Origin: Utricularia gibba
Taxonomy: Eukaryota > Plantae > Magnoliophyta
Direction of reading: 5' to 3'
NCBI GenBank assembly: GCA_002189035.1
Contig: NEEC01000009.1
Location: 1,116,001-1,180,000 of the forward strand
Length of the DNA: 64,000 nucleotides
Positions 48,940 through 60,947 of this stretch are shown here, in pieces; position 1 is the first letter of the stretch; each line of letters begins with the position of its first letter. The notes under the pieces were generated by a model. That model was not told where the DNA came from. It saw nothing but the letters and a program-made list of their open reading frames with translations, and ran no database searches. A program made the translations under genes and the position numbers.

Positions 48940-49858
48940 ATGGCCGTTTCTCTTCCTCTTCATCACTTTCTCCATCATCATCATCTTCCTCAACCTCATC
49001 ATGGTGGTCGTCTTCATCATCATCCTCACCATTGTCTTCATCATCACTCCCTTCATCCACAGCCCCAGCATTGGCTTCCAGGCCATCATCGGAATCGGCA
49101 TCTGCAGCACCATCACCGCCATGAATAAAACGTCGTCCTCATCAACGTCATCACCATCACCGTCTTTGGCGCCATCCTCATCATCATCGCTATTCACATC
49201 ATGCTTGTTCTCGTCTGACTCCAGAACTTTATTGGCATTCCCAACGTCCGACTTGAGTGATGTGAGCTGCCTGCAATGTGTTTAAGGAAACCACAAAGTG
49301 AACAGTGAAAATATTGATTTCCTTTATCCCATCTCTCAGAGGATGGAGATACGTAGATATCCACAAACAATAATAACCTTCTCTGAAAAACAGAAAACAT
49401 AGTGGCATGTTTTTATCCTCATAAACACATCCTTCTCTGAGAAGATGGAGATGTACACTTCATGATATCCCATATGATAAAGCCATGATAGATTTACTAC
49501 AAACTTTCGAAAGAAGATCTGCATAAACAACTTACTCACTGCATCAACTACAGATGGCATAACTATGGTGTGACTTCAATAGCATCCACAGTAAAAGGCC
49601 CGAACTTTCAGAAGCAACCAAGTGAGTCAACTCAACAGACAAAATGAACAGAACAGTCTTACATTACGACTATAGAATGGTATTTGAGCAGCAATTCCAA
49701 CACTAAAAATCAACAAAAATACTGTCAAACACGAAAGGAGGAAAAAAAACAACTTGGCATACAAAGTTCACGTGCAAAATGAATGGTATCTGAGCAGCCG
49801 CAATAACCCAGAATCTTGCATTAGTATGTAAAGCAGCAGGACGACAGAGCACCTCCAT
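48940..49858 (-). CDS. Uncharacterised acidic (D/E-rich) nuclear protein; N-terminal exons uncertain; apparent 1-nt frameshift at 49127-49130
   Basis: Last exon QLTSLKSDVGNANKVLESDENKHDVNSDDDEDG...DEDD. After a 1-nt shift it continues HGGDGAADADSDDGLEANAG...EESDEEEEKRPSKRKK*, an acidic tract plus terminal NLS typical of this plant family. Confidence 0.65.
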
Positions 49859-50343
49859 TTGAGTGCTTCAGAGTTGACCCAATGGCAGCAATCAAGGTGG
49901 CGGCCCGGTTCGTTGTGAAAGAGGGAGCAATAAATCATCTAGGGTTTTGTATTTATTATGGACTTTAGATAGAATTAGGGAAGGATTGCCCTATTTTCCT
50001 TAATTAATTACGATTTTAATGTTCCTTTATTTTCTTAAAATTTAAAAAAGGAGTAATTTGTTTGTGTATTGTTATTTGCTTTACCTAATTCCACCAGATT
50101 CTCGTACGGCTCTCTTCCCGAGTTAACGATGGTTCGCTGTTAGACTTCAACGCTTTCTTCCTTATCAACGAGGGAATCCGCAGTCCCCAAAAAGTCAACG
50201 ACGGGAACCCGGGAAGAAACCCAATACATATATTGGCTTGCTGGTCCTGGAAATTCAACATCCGAATGAGACAGATCGACCTTCGTGTGTACGAGATACG
50301 CAAATGTTAACTCTTTTTCGTGCCTAAATTGTGGGAGGAACAA

Positions 50344-51747
50344 ATGGGTAGCAAAAATCCGTATTCCAGGTTGATCTCCCCTGATGATGTAGGCACGCAT
50401 GTAGATGTGCAAAGTGGAAATGAATTGGATGCTGATGAAGTTGATTTTGACGATTTGCCACTTATTTTCGGTGAGAAGAAATCTGGGGTGGAGTCAGGAT
50501 CGGAGGTTTCTGGTGCTGTTTTTAACCTAACGACATCTATAATCGGGGCGGGCATCATGGCCTTGCCAGCCACAATGAAGGTTTTAGGTATTGTTTCAGG
50601 TTTGGTCTTGATAGTTTTGATCGGCATTTTATCAGAAATTAGTGTGGAGTTGCTAGTTAGATATGCTGTTCTATTTAAAGCAAACACTTATGGTGAAGTC
50701 GTGGAAGCTGCCCTAGGGAGGACTGCCAGGAGCTTATCTGAAATTTGTATAATACTCAACAATGCTGGGGCTTTGGTTGTCTATTTGATCATAATGGGGG
50801 ATGTATTGGCAGGATCACTTCATCATATTGGTGTTTTTGATCAGTGGTGGGGTCATGGATTTTGGGATGATAGGAAGATTGTGATTCTGGTTGTTTTGGT
50901 GCTCTTTCTTGCACCATTATGTACTTTGGATAAAATTGATTCCTTGAGCATGACTTCTGCTGCTTCAGTAGGTCTTGCTGTAGTTTTTATTGTTGTTGCA
51001 ATCGTCGTAGCCTTCATCAAATTCATGGATGGAAAGACAGAGCCTCCGAGATTGTCACCTGATTTTGGATCCAAGAAGGCTATTTTGGATTTGCTCGTAG
51101 TGATCCCAATCATGACGAATGCTTATGTTTGTCACTTCAATGTTCTTCCTATCTATAATGAGCTCAAAGATCGCTCACCAAAGAAAATGTATCAAGTGGG
51201 AAGGATCACAGCCATTGTTTGCGTTGTAATATACGCCTTGACTGCTGTAGCTGGTTATTTGCTCTTTGGTAAAGATACAGAAGCAGATGTGCTCACTAAC
51301 TTTGATAAGGATCTTGGGATTCGATTCAGCACTGCTTTGAACTATGTCGTTCGCATTGGTTATATTCTGCATTTGGTTCTAGTTTTCCCAGTGATTCATT
51401 TCTCATTGAGGCAAACAGTGGACACTTTGATTTTTGAAGGGCTCAATCCTCTATCCGAGAGCAGGAAGAGATGCTTGGTGTTAACATTTGTGCTGTTGGC
51501 CCTCATATATCTCGGCTCAACAATGATCCCCAACATTTGGACGGCTTTTAAGTTCACCGGTGCGACAACGGCGGTGTCCCTGGGCTTCACCTTTCCTTCA
51601 CTCGTAGCACTGAGTGCAAGCTTGGAAGGAAACAAACTGCGCCACCGTGAGAAGCTACTGTATCAGTTCATGTTAGCTCTAGCCATTGTTGTAAGCATTG
51701 CTGGAATCCTGGGCAATATCTATACCATCCGGGGCAGTTCTGGTTGA
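50344..51747 (+). CDS. AVT6: Amino acid transporter AVT6 family (AVT6E-like), intronless
   Basis: SGAVFNLTTSIIGAGIMALPATMKVLG, PIMTNAYVCHFNV, FGKDTEADVLTNFD and multiple TM segments. Confidence 0.95.
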   Translation: MGSKNPYSRLISPDDVGTHVDVQSGNELDADEVDFDDLPLIFGEKKSGVESGSEVSGAVFNLTTSIIGAGIMALPATMKVLGIVSGLVLIVLIGILSEISVELLVRYAVLFKANTYGEVVEAALGRTARSLSEICIILNNAGALVVYLIIMGDVLAGSLHHIGVFDQWWGHGFWDDRKIVILVVLVLFLAPLCTLDKIDSLSMTSAASVGLAVVFIVVAIVVAFIKFMDGKTEPPRLSPDFGSKKAILDLLVVIPIMTNAYVCHFNVLPIYNELKDRSPKKMYQVGRITAIVCVVIYALTAVAGYLLFGKDTEADVLTNFDKDLGIRFSTALNYVVRIGYILHLVLVFPVIHFSLRQTVDTLIFEGLNPLSESRKRCLVLTFVLLALIYLGSTMIPNIWTAFKFTGATTAVSLGFTFPSLVALSASLEGNKLRHREKLLYQFMLALAIVVSIAGILGNIYTIRGSSG

Positions 51748-52171
51748 GCCTCTGTGCTGTGTCACAGGCAATGACTCTGTCACCTCTTCTTTGCATGGTC
51801 TAATGTCCTGCATTGTCCACTTGAGTTGAATTCCCTGGACCCCGTGTATACAAAAATGCCTATTTCACGAGTTGAATTCATTGCAGTAATAAAATCTCAT
51901 TTTGTCCCAATTTGTACCAAGGTTTTTCCATAGGGGTGACGGAAATCTTTGAACCAGTTGCATTTTCATTTTCCACAGTAACAATATTTTTCCAGCCATT
52001 GTCTGTGTCTCATAAACGAAGAAAAAGAAACAGACAATTCTTGCATAGCATCAAAATTATGCATCATACATATATGTAGAGTGGACTGCAAACTCACAGC
52101 TAAGATCAATAACCTGGCGCTCCGCAGAGGAGCAAAGCAAAGCTCTGTTCTGCTAAGAGGGTATTCAGGGA

Positions 52172-54074
52172 TCAATGACCGGAGCCTGGAGGAAGACGAA
52201 ACGAACCTCCGGCATACAGCATCTGGTAAACTGGCCGGATTCTTATTGTGAGAACTACGGCCAAGAGTGTACCTAGTCCACACAATCCACCCAAAATAAG
52301 GAATGTCAGCCTGAAACAGGTTGGCCCCATGCAAGAAGATCCCAGCTGCTTAGCAGCTTCGGAGTCGTACACTTGTCCAGCTAACAGAGCTGAGAAGAGA
52401 ATTGCTCCAGCAGGGTTCCCAAGCTGTATGAAGTTGAAGATTATCCCAAAGTTTTTCAAGCCGAAGAGTTCTGATGCAGTGGGGATCATTATACCGAACT
52501 GGACACCATAGCAAATGCCAAGTAGGGCTGTTGCAGCATAAAGAGTGCCACTTAAAGCCGATGCATAGAGAAGAAATGTCAAAACCATTACTAACTGAGT
52601 TACAGCCATCCAGAATGTTCTAGGAATTGTTTTCGACCTGCAAAGTTGCAAAAGACTGGGACTAAGAAAGTATAAAGATGGAGGATGATATCACACTAAG
52701 TAAAAACTTTGGTTGCACATGATATTAGAAATCAAGAATGTGTACACGAGGCAGCAATTGCATTACCGAACGAAGTGCTCAGACACCACTCCAGCACCAA
52801 GGCGACCAAGGAAGTTGAAGAAACTGAACAAGCTCAGCAGTACTGTAGTATCATTGACACCAAGGGAGACCCCGATCTGAGCTAGATTATTCAAGACAGT
52901 GACACCTGAACCAACTCCAAGAAAATAAACAAGCCACAGTAGCCAGAAATCCGCTTTAACTATGGCCTCAGCAAATTTGAAATCTTCTCCTCTCCGGGGT
53001 TTTCTCTTCTTTTTCACTGCACCCTCACCAACAGCAAGGAGCATATCTACCTCTGAGATGCCTTCTTGTTCATAGAAGCTTCCAAGCTGTGTTTCTGAAG
53101 AAGAAGTGTTCAACAGAGGGACAGAAGGACTGATTTCACTTTCTACAGCAACAAAATCTGCTGCACTTCTCACTTTCTTGCGAGGGAATAATGTCATTTT
53201 CAATGGAATTGCAAGAGGAGCCAGCAAAAGCAAGATCATTATGCCAATGAATATGTAGGAAATGGTATCCCCAAGCGATAAAAGGTCTTTTAAGAGTGTG
53301 GTTGCGAGTAGATAAGCAGCTAGGACAAGACTAGCTACTTGGATGAAAAGAAAATGACAATCCTCGGTAGAGTTTTCTACTGAAGCTGAATTACACGGAC
53401 GAACAAAGTACATCATCAGCAAACATATAGCGGGTATACCAAGGGTCAATACTAACAATAAGCTAGAGGCTGATTGCTTAAGAATCATACTGTAAACCTC
53501 AGTAAGGACAGCACCACTTAAACCGATGTATCCTTTAAGTATTCCAGCCACCGTGCCCCGACTAAGCGGAAAATTTCTCATGTTGGTAACAAGAACTGCA
53601 GTGCCAAGCCATGCGCTGCTGTTTGTTGCAATACACAGTGCAACCCACAGCTGCCAGACAAGGGGGAGAAAATCACCATCACTAACAAAAAATTGTTCTT
53701 TTTTAAAACTTTAACAAAGCAGAGAGCAACGAAATAGATCAAATCACTTACAACCCAGTAAGGTAGAGACTGAACAGTCTCACTAACGGCGAGCCATAGA
53801 ACCCCATAACCAAAAAAGGAAAGAGAAAGTCCGACGAGTAGCACCGCCCACGGAGGGTACTTGTTGCAGGCAAGACCCGGAAGAATGCCCACACTCTCCC
53901 CAATATCGTTTGCCACGCCAAGAATTGTCAACTGCTGCTGATTAAAACCAAGAATTGATTTCAGTGACGGGAGTAGAGTGGAAAAGTGTAGGCATTTCCT
54001 GCAGCGATTTGCACCCAGACGGCGGCTCCGAGACCCACCCACGGCGGCCTGCTGCCTTGTTTCAACGCCGCCAT
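52172..54074 (-). CDS. Major facilitator superfamily nodulin-like (NFD4-like) protein, 3 exons; apparent 1-nt frameshift at 53969-53971
   Basis: MAALKQGSRPPWVGLGAAVWVQIAAGNAYTFPLYS(P)SLKSILGFNQQQLTILGVANDIGE; MRNFPLSRGTVAGILKGY; EDFKFAEAIVKADFWLL; CMGPTCFRLTF. Confidence 0.94.
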
Positions 54075-54612
54075 TCTCAGCTCCGATATAGAAGCAAGAA
54101 ACGCAAAACCCCTTTCCTCCCTGGCTTCAGCCCGATCAAAGAAACGCCAGAAGCGTACAAGAACCCAAGGACAAGACGATCAATGGTTGCCATTTCAGTG
54201 GCGTTTGTGCCTTTATTACAAGGCATTTTAGTGTACCAAAAATCAAAAGCAGCCATTATCGCCTGCGCTTACAACTCACTCCCCATTTACTTTCCTTTTT
54301 CATCATCAACACTCCTATTTTTATTATTCGATATTTATTAAAATATTATTTATTTAAACGTTGCCAAAATTTCAACGAGCAAAATCCCGGCCGTCCACGC
54401 CGCCTCCTATTTGTTATAAGGTCGGTCCAGAATATTACAAGTGGGCCCCACTAGTGGGCCATAGAGAGATAGGTTTTGTGTTGTTGTCGGTGTCGGCCCG
54501 ATTTTGTATTGCTTGTTTTTCTTTTCTTTTTTTTTAATTTCAACAAGTACCTTCGATTTTGTAATCCCGTCTGCGGTCGTTTTTCTCCGGCGGACATTGA
54601 GTTTAGGGAGCA

Positions 54613-57104
54613 ATGCACGGGACTTCGGCAAGTTCGAGTGCGGCGGCTGGAGCGTCGCCGGAGGATTTGTTCCGGCCGCCAATCTTAGCGGCTTCATCTG
54701 GAAGCGCCTTCACATCGGCTGCTCTCCGAGAAGTTTATTTCTCCTCTGGAAACCCTACAATCGAAGAGATTAGAGGCGTAGTGCAACTCTACGGCGCTGA
54801 CGGGCTTCATCCTCCCAAGCAATTCCGGTAAGTTTCATTTACGGCTATGATTGTCTTGGAATAGTTGGGAGTTTTCAAATATGGATTAGTGTGATTGGGA
54901 TGTGGTCTCTTGATTGTGGTATTCGGTCGTTATGTTCACGCTGATTTCTTGTCTAGCTACGCACGAAGCGTATGTATGATTCGGACCTCTTTCCAGGTTG
55001 AGAGAAAGCCCCTTCTTTGGGTTTTTCGAGTGCCTAATCATATGACGTATGCGGATTTTTGTCAGTTTTGTCGATCGTTCATTCAACACATTTTTGAGAT
55101 GCGCGTTGTGAGGTTGGCTATTTTTGTGGATTAAATTGCGGTTACTATCGTCTTACCCCATGGTGAATGTTCTGTGAATTAAGGACTGATGGGCTGAAGG
55201 ATCACTATAGTATCCTGATAAGGTTTGATAATCAAGAGTCTGCAGATTCCTTTTACAAGCACTTCCATGGTAGACACTTCTCATCTCTCGAGGTATTATG
55301 GTTGTTCATAGTGTTTATATGTGAAGAAACTAAAAACCTGGCCTTAGTTCCTACTGGTTGTATAATTTTTCAGGAAGATGCTTGCCATATATTTTTTGCT
55401 GCAGATATCCAGTATACCAGATCAATCGAACATGTCCAACCTTCCCCTACGAGCACTTCTACAGAACAACCTTTTTGTCCAGTTTGTCTTGGTACTTTCT
55501 TTACTTTGGTCGCTGTGAAGAAGTTATCTTTAATATTGGAAGACCCTTTTACTTATGATAAATATGCGTAAACACACAGTGGAGCTTCCTCATTGTTACT
55601 CACCTTAAGAAGTTGGAGTTTCATTGTGATGTGCAGAGAGATTAGACCAAGAGTCTGGTGGGATTCTCACAACAATCTGTAATCACTCATTTCACTGTTC
55701 CTGTATTTCTAGATGGACAGATTCTTCCTGCCCTGTGCGTACTTCTTTCGCCAGTTGAAATCTTTTTACTGTGTGTTCTTTGGATCCCATTAGTTGACCA
55801 GCGGTAATGAATGCATATTTTTAAGGTGTGTAGATATTGCCAACAACAACCTGAGAAATCATCATGTTATGTGTGTGGTACAACGGAAAATCTTTGGATG
55901 TGTCTCTTATGCGGTTTTATCGGCTGTGGGAGGTATACATTATATTCCTCTTGGAGAAGTTTCTGCATCTGGATACATTTTATGTGAATACTTTACGTCT
56001 TCTTTCTTTGATGTGTAGGTATGGGGAAGGGCATGCTGTTAATCACTGGAAAGAAACACAACACTGCTATTCTCTTGAAGTGGAAACACAAAGAGTGTGG
56101 AACTATGCTGGGGACAACTACGTTCATCGGCTAATTCAGTCTAAAACTGATGGAAAATTAGTTGAGCTAAACAACTTATGTGTCCACAATAATGATGCTC
56201 AATGTGATTCTGCTGGATTTCGTGAGGCTCTTTTAAACAGTCAAGTTGAGCATGTAAGTCAATTCTATCTGGTTTGTACATCTTTTGTTGTTTAATTCGC
56301 ATTTGAATAATCTGTTTTCTTTTTAGATAGTAAATGAGTACAATGAGCTTCTTACATCCCAGCTTGAAAGCCAGAAAACTGTAAGATTCTCCTCTATCAG
56401 CTGCCATAAGATTGGAAATAGCTCTCGAACAGATTTCACTATAGTATCACATTTTGCAGTATTTTGAGTCGATCCTTGAAGAACTCAAAGAAGAGACTGC
56501 AAGAGAGTCTCTCATAGCCGCTGATAAAGCTTTGAGTCAGAATCCAAGATTGCTGAAAATGCAATCCAAACTTACTAAAGCCATGGAAGAGAAGAAGTTC
56601 CTCGATGATGTGAGTCGATTAAAATGGCTCCTATTTTACAGAAATTGTTTCAGCACCTAATTTCTTTTTTCCCTTGTAGATAAACGACAACCTTGCGAGG
56701 AATATAAAAGCCTGGGAGTCTAAAATAGCTCAAATCTTAGAAAGGTACATTTGCTTACACCCACTATGATATATTCAGGTTCCCGTAGAAGTGAATCCCA
56801 AACCTCAACGTTTCAGAGAAAAAAAGGTGATGCTTCAAAAGGACAAAACTATTGAAGAATTGGAGAAGCAGGTTTTTTTCACTTTTTCTTTCTGAAATGC
56901 AACTGGAGAAGTGTTCCAAAATTCTCCTTGGCTTGAAATGTGCAGCTTGAAGCACTAATGCTGAGCCTCCAGACCGAGAATGTAGAGTCTCAATCAAGTG
57001 AATCCACGCAAACCAGTGAATTGGCAGCCGAAAAATTGAGTTCGAAAGGCAGCGGTAGCAGCCAGGCCATGGCGAACACCAGCCGCAGGAAAAATCGAGG
57101 TTAG
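54613..57104 (+). CDS. BRIZ: BRAP2 / RING / ZnF-UBP E3 ligase (BRIZ-type), multi-exon; apparent 1-nt frameshift at 54823-54826
   Basis: BRAP2 domain [14 protein letters not shown]...[21 protein letters not shown] / [23 protein letters not shown]. Zn[50 protein letters not shown], then a coiled coil. Confidence 0.93.
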
Positions 57105-57506
57105 AACTCGACCACTGTATTCAGCAAAGAAGCAAATGGGGCGGCGTAACAACTATTTCACTGCAATGCAATGTCGATGGGCACCAGTCAAACCTTTGTT
57201 TTGTGAGTATTTTGAAATTTCTCCATTATATGTTCATATTTGCAGTTGGTAAAACACTGAGAAAAACAAGAAAATGTCAACTCCAAAATGTTACTGTATA
57301 TCTTGGAATGAGTGTTCATAGCAGGCTTACATGCATGACAAGGAAAATGAAGTCACCGAAAACTAAAAAAAAAATGAATTATCTTGTTATTCCCAGCATG
57401 TGCAGGTTGAGGCCTATCATACAGTTACCTTCAGTACTCTCACAATCACAATGGTCAACTCTTATCTTCAGTGCATCCCTTTGCTCAACGGGGGAGCGCT
57501 GGTCGA

Positions 57507-59625
57507 CTAGCTAACTCCACAGATGAATTCAGGACAGGCCGCTTCTTCAAATGGTATGTTCAGGTCTGGGAGCATGAACGTCGAATGGGATTCACCAAAT
57601 GCACTAGGAGCTGTAGGGGAATGTGTATCATTATAAGAAACTGATTCCACAGCTGCAGATATGGATTCTCGATCCACGAGAGCTTGCGCCTCGATCTGCG
57701 CAGACGATAAGAATGGCTTCAGATAAGAATCTGGTATTACTAAAAGCAAGGGTAGACTTTTTTTTTTCTTACCTTAACCTTCTTTAACTTTTTATTGGTT
57801 TCCCTTTGTTTCTCAAGATGCATCCGCAATCTTGCTATTTCCTGAAGGGAAAATAGCAAAAAGTCAACCTTGATCACTAGACAGGAGAATCTTATGCTTT
57901 AAAAACAGAAAAGCAGACAGCAGAAATTCCCACCTTTTTCAGCGCTCCTTGTTCTTTGAGCAACGAGCCTTCTTCTGCTTTTAGTTCTGGCAAGGTCTAC
58001 ACATCATCAACAAACGTGAAATTAGACATGCTCCACAGTATCCCTGTTACCAGTTTGGTTGCAAAGTGGATACCTTCTTCCTTCTTGGTCTCTTTGCATT
58101 CGTTCTCCCTTTCTCAGCATCAGTCTGTTCAACACAAAAGAACTACAAAATGAACAAGCTTCGGAATCCGACAAACAGAAGCATAAATAAACCACACAGA
58201 ACACCATATAGAGGGCACCCATGGCTTCATCATTCAATCAAATGTTTGGGGAACACAATCCACTATAATGTCTATAAGCGCCCTATCTGTGATCAAGAGC
58301 CATTAATGCAGCCGCCCTCACACATCATGTGAAGGAAGAGTTGCAACAAATTGGGTGGCGGGTACTAGTACCTTTAGACTAACCACATAAGAAGTTGATT
58401 GGTCAATGCAAATCGCAGGCTCGCTGCGAATACAGTTTGGCGTCATAAAAGAGATGCCCATTGCCCACCACCACCCACCTCCCTCCAACCACTTATCTAA
58501 CGCAGCATAGTGGCACAGAACTAGCGACAACCATTCTTCCACACTGTGGGATCATCCACACAAACAGTACCCAACCCAGAGATCAAAAGCCTCAGCTTAT
58601 CCACGCAAACGGAAGAGTAAATTGCTCTAAAGGGAGTGAAGTAAAGCAGAAAAATATACAAATGGAAGCTGCCACATTTACCCTTACTGGTTACCATTAC
58701 CCAAAAGCAACATGGGCTAATGCTCACTCGCAGACACACACGCACATCCCTTTCGGTGCATTCATGTGACAGCCGAGGAGGGGCAGGATGAGGAGCAGAC
58801 AGTGTAATCTCGTCGGCAAATGGGATCGAGACAGGAGGAGGTCGATGGTAATAAACCTGAACCCTACCACACTAGATCGACAACCACTCCGCTCATCCAC
58901 TCACACCGAACGCAGACCTATAGTTTGCCAGCAACTCCACGCTACCCGGGTACGAAATGAAAACGTCCATCTAGGGAAAAGACCTAAATACCCTAAGGGG
59001 AAGTAAGGGTAAAAACGTCAGACCGGCAACACAGCAACGCTGGAGAAAACGATATCCAAACCAAAGAGGCAAGAAATGACTTCCCCACACGCGAGATGGT
59101 AAATATCCGCATTCCATAGGGCAAAAAAGTCATTTTCCGTTGCCAAAGAATCGGCAATGCCACGCACCGTATTCAAGGCAACAACATAATCGGGGACAGT
59201 CGTCTGACGCGATACCCTATTCCTCTAATCTAACCGCCGGCGGAGATTCACGAGTGGAATACGAAAGGCGTGTTGATGAGTAAACAAACCTTAGATCTCG
59301 ACGCGGTGGCCGCGGCGCTGACGGTGGAGACTTTAGCCGAAAGCAACCTGGATGTCTCATCGGATCCGCCAGTGATGGAAGTGGCGCCACTCCACGTCAG
59401 CGGCGTGGTAGGACTAGCCCGGCGCGACTGATTCTTTCGCTTGGGGTGGATCGCTTGAGACCTCGACCGTCGTTGACGCACGCTCCACTCCATCCGCATC
59501 GGCGTCAGATTCCGAGACGAGCAGCAGGACGGCGGCGCGTCGTGGAGACGCATCAGCATCTCCACCGCGAGTGCGTCGTCCTCCATAGCGGCGGTTACCC
59601 AGTCGCCGTCCGCTCCGGTGCCCAT
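57507..59625 (-). CDS. Uncharacterised plant protein with coiled coil and C-terminal LPDLN (EAR-like) motif, 5 exons
   Basis: MGTGADGDWVTAAMEDDALAVEMLMRL...WSVRQRRSR...RASPTTPLTWSGATS / TDAEKGRTNAKRPRRKK / TLPELKAEEGSLLKE / EIARLRMHLEKQRETNKKLK / ...FMLPDLNIPFEE...GVS*. Confidence 0.88.
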
Positions 59626-59742
59626 AGTCCTTTTTGCTTCAGTGTGCCCCCGTGTTCTCTTAGCGAGAGAAACGAGGGAGACGGTTGAGAAGAAAATGAG
59701 GTGATGATGATGGTGACAGAGAAACCCCAAGCCCAGGTTCTA

Positions 59743-59779
59743 TACACACATATATATATATATATATCGACACACACAC
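59743..59779. repeat. (AT)n microsatellite with flanking (CA)n
   Basis: ACACACA-TATATATATATATATAT-CGA-CACACACACA upstream of the gene starting at 59625. Confidence 0.9.
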
Positions 59780-60947
59780 AGTCACACACACCACGACGCC
59801 GGACTTATTAATGAAAATATCATGAAAATAGATATCATCATCTCTGCGTTTTTAATTAAAATATAATATTAAAAATATTCCACTCATTTCCACTCGCCTT
59901 GTTGTTAGGAAGTGAAGAGAGTTGAGGTCACGCCTTGAGGGCGTGGGCGCCCGGGCCATCAATTTTGTTCTGTATCTCCTCCTCCTTTTTAGGCCATTGA
60001 ATTCCAGAATTAACACTCGGCATGGCAAATAAATGTGCCCGATGCTGCCATCAATACATGAAGAGGATGCTCGGTTGAGAATTTATGTGTCCATCGCATG
60101 AACTTTTCAACCGCCCAACCTCAACTCAATTTTCATCCTATTATCACACATGGACCCGCACATTGACACCTAACAAGATCTTAGTACTACTCTCTTTTAA
60201 GTATGTTTAATTTTATAGTTTTAACGAGATACAATTAGACGTATTACTTATCAGAATAAACAATCCAATGTTGTGAAATTAAGATGATATAATCAATTAT
60301 ATAAAAATATCAAATTATTAGTAATCGATTGAATATAATATTTTATAATATAATTTATGTATTTTTTTATATATTTAAACTTTAAGTATATTTTCATTGA
60401 TTTATTGAATTCTTAATTTCAATATAGTATTAGTATTGACTGGTATGATTTATGTGGTTAAGATAAGTGTAATATTGGAATGAGTTTTGATTTAAAAAAA
60501 AGATAAAATGAAAAAATTAAAATCGATTTATCGAATTTTTAATTTTGATATTGGTTATTATCGTATTTGAGTGATGTCAGATGAACAAATGGCATATATA
60601 TCGTATTGTTGGATTCGAATATGATATTTTTCAAATCGTTGTAGGAGATTCATAATATATACTGTTAAATTCTTTTCAGGGCGATTGCATTCTAAAAGGG
60701 GAAATGATGAACAAGACGAGTGGGGAAGACCCGGTTCTTTCCGATTCGTGTGTGACCGTACTGGGCTGATCTGTTGGGCCAGGAGATGAAAGTGATACGT
60801 GGGCCGGGCCCAATTAAGGATGTGTTTCTTCTGGTTTTTGGTTTACCTTCTCCTCATCCGTGACTCCGAAAAAGGGAGTCGTTAAATCAGAGAAACCCGT
60901 TCCTTCGACGTCTTGGTTTCAAGCATTCTTCCATTTTTGCCGAAAGA

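Noticed and set aside
48895-49285. Met-rich ORF (48895-49197, minus) and His/Ile-rich ORFs (48905-49285 and 48940-49128, plus)
   Set aside because: These are alternative-frame or antisense readings of the GAT/GAA-rich acidic tract. The Met-rich tail results from the 1-nt homopolymer deletion.
51930-51945. TAGGGGTGAC, resembling a plant hAT terminal inverted repeat
   Set aside because: Single occurrence in convergent 3'UTRs with no matching partner end or 8-bp TSD. No link to the SLEEPER gene could be shown.
57781-57800. Suspected extra frameshift in the coiled-coil exon of the 57507 gene
   Set aside because: On recount the A-run gives in-frame NKKLKKVK, so there is no frameshift.
58054-58073. 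GTATCCACT donor resembling a U12 GT-AG site in the 57507-59625 gene
   Set aside because: It lacks the required TT at +7/+8 (GTATCCTT) and I saw no U12 branch consensus. Treated as an ordinary U2 intron.
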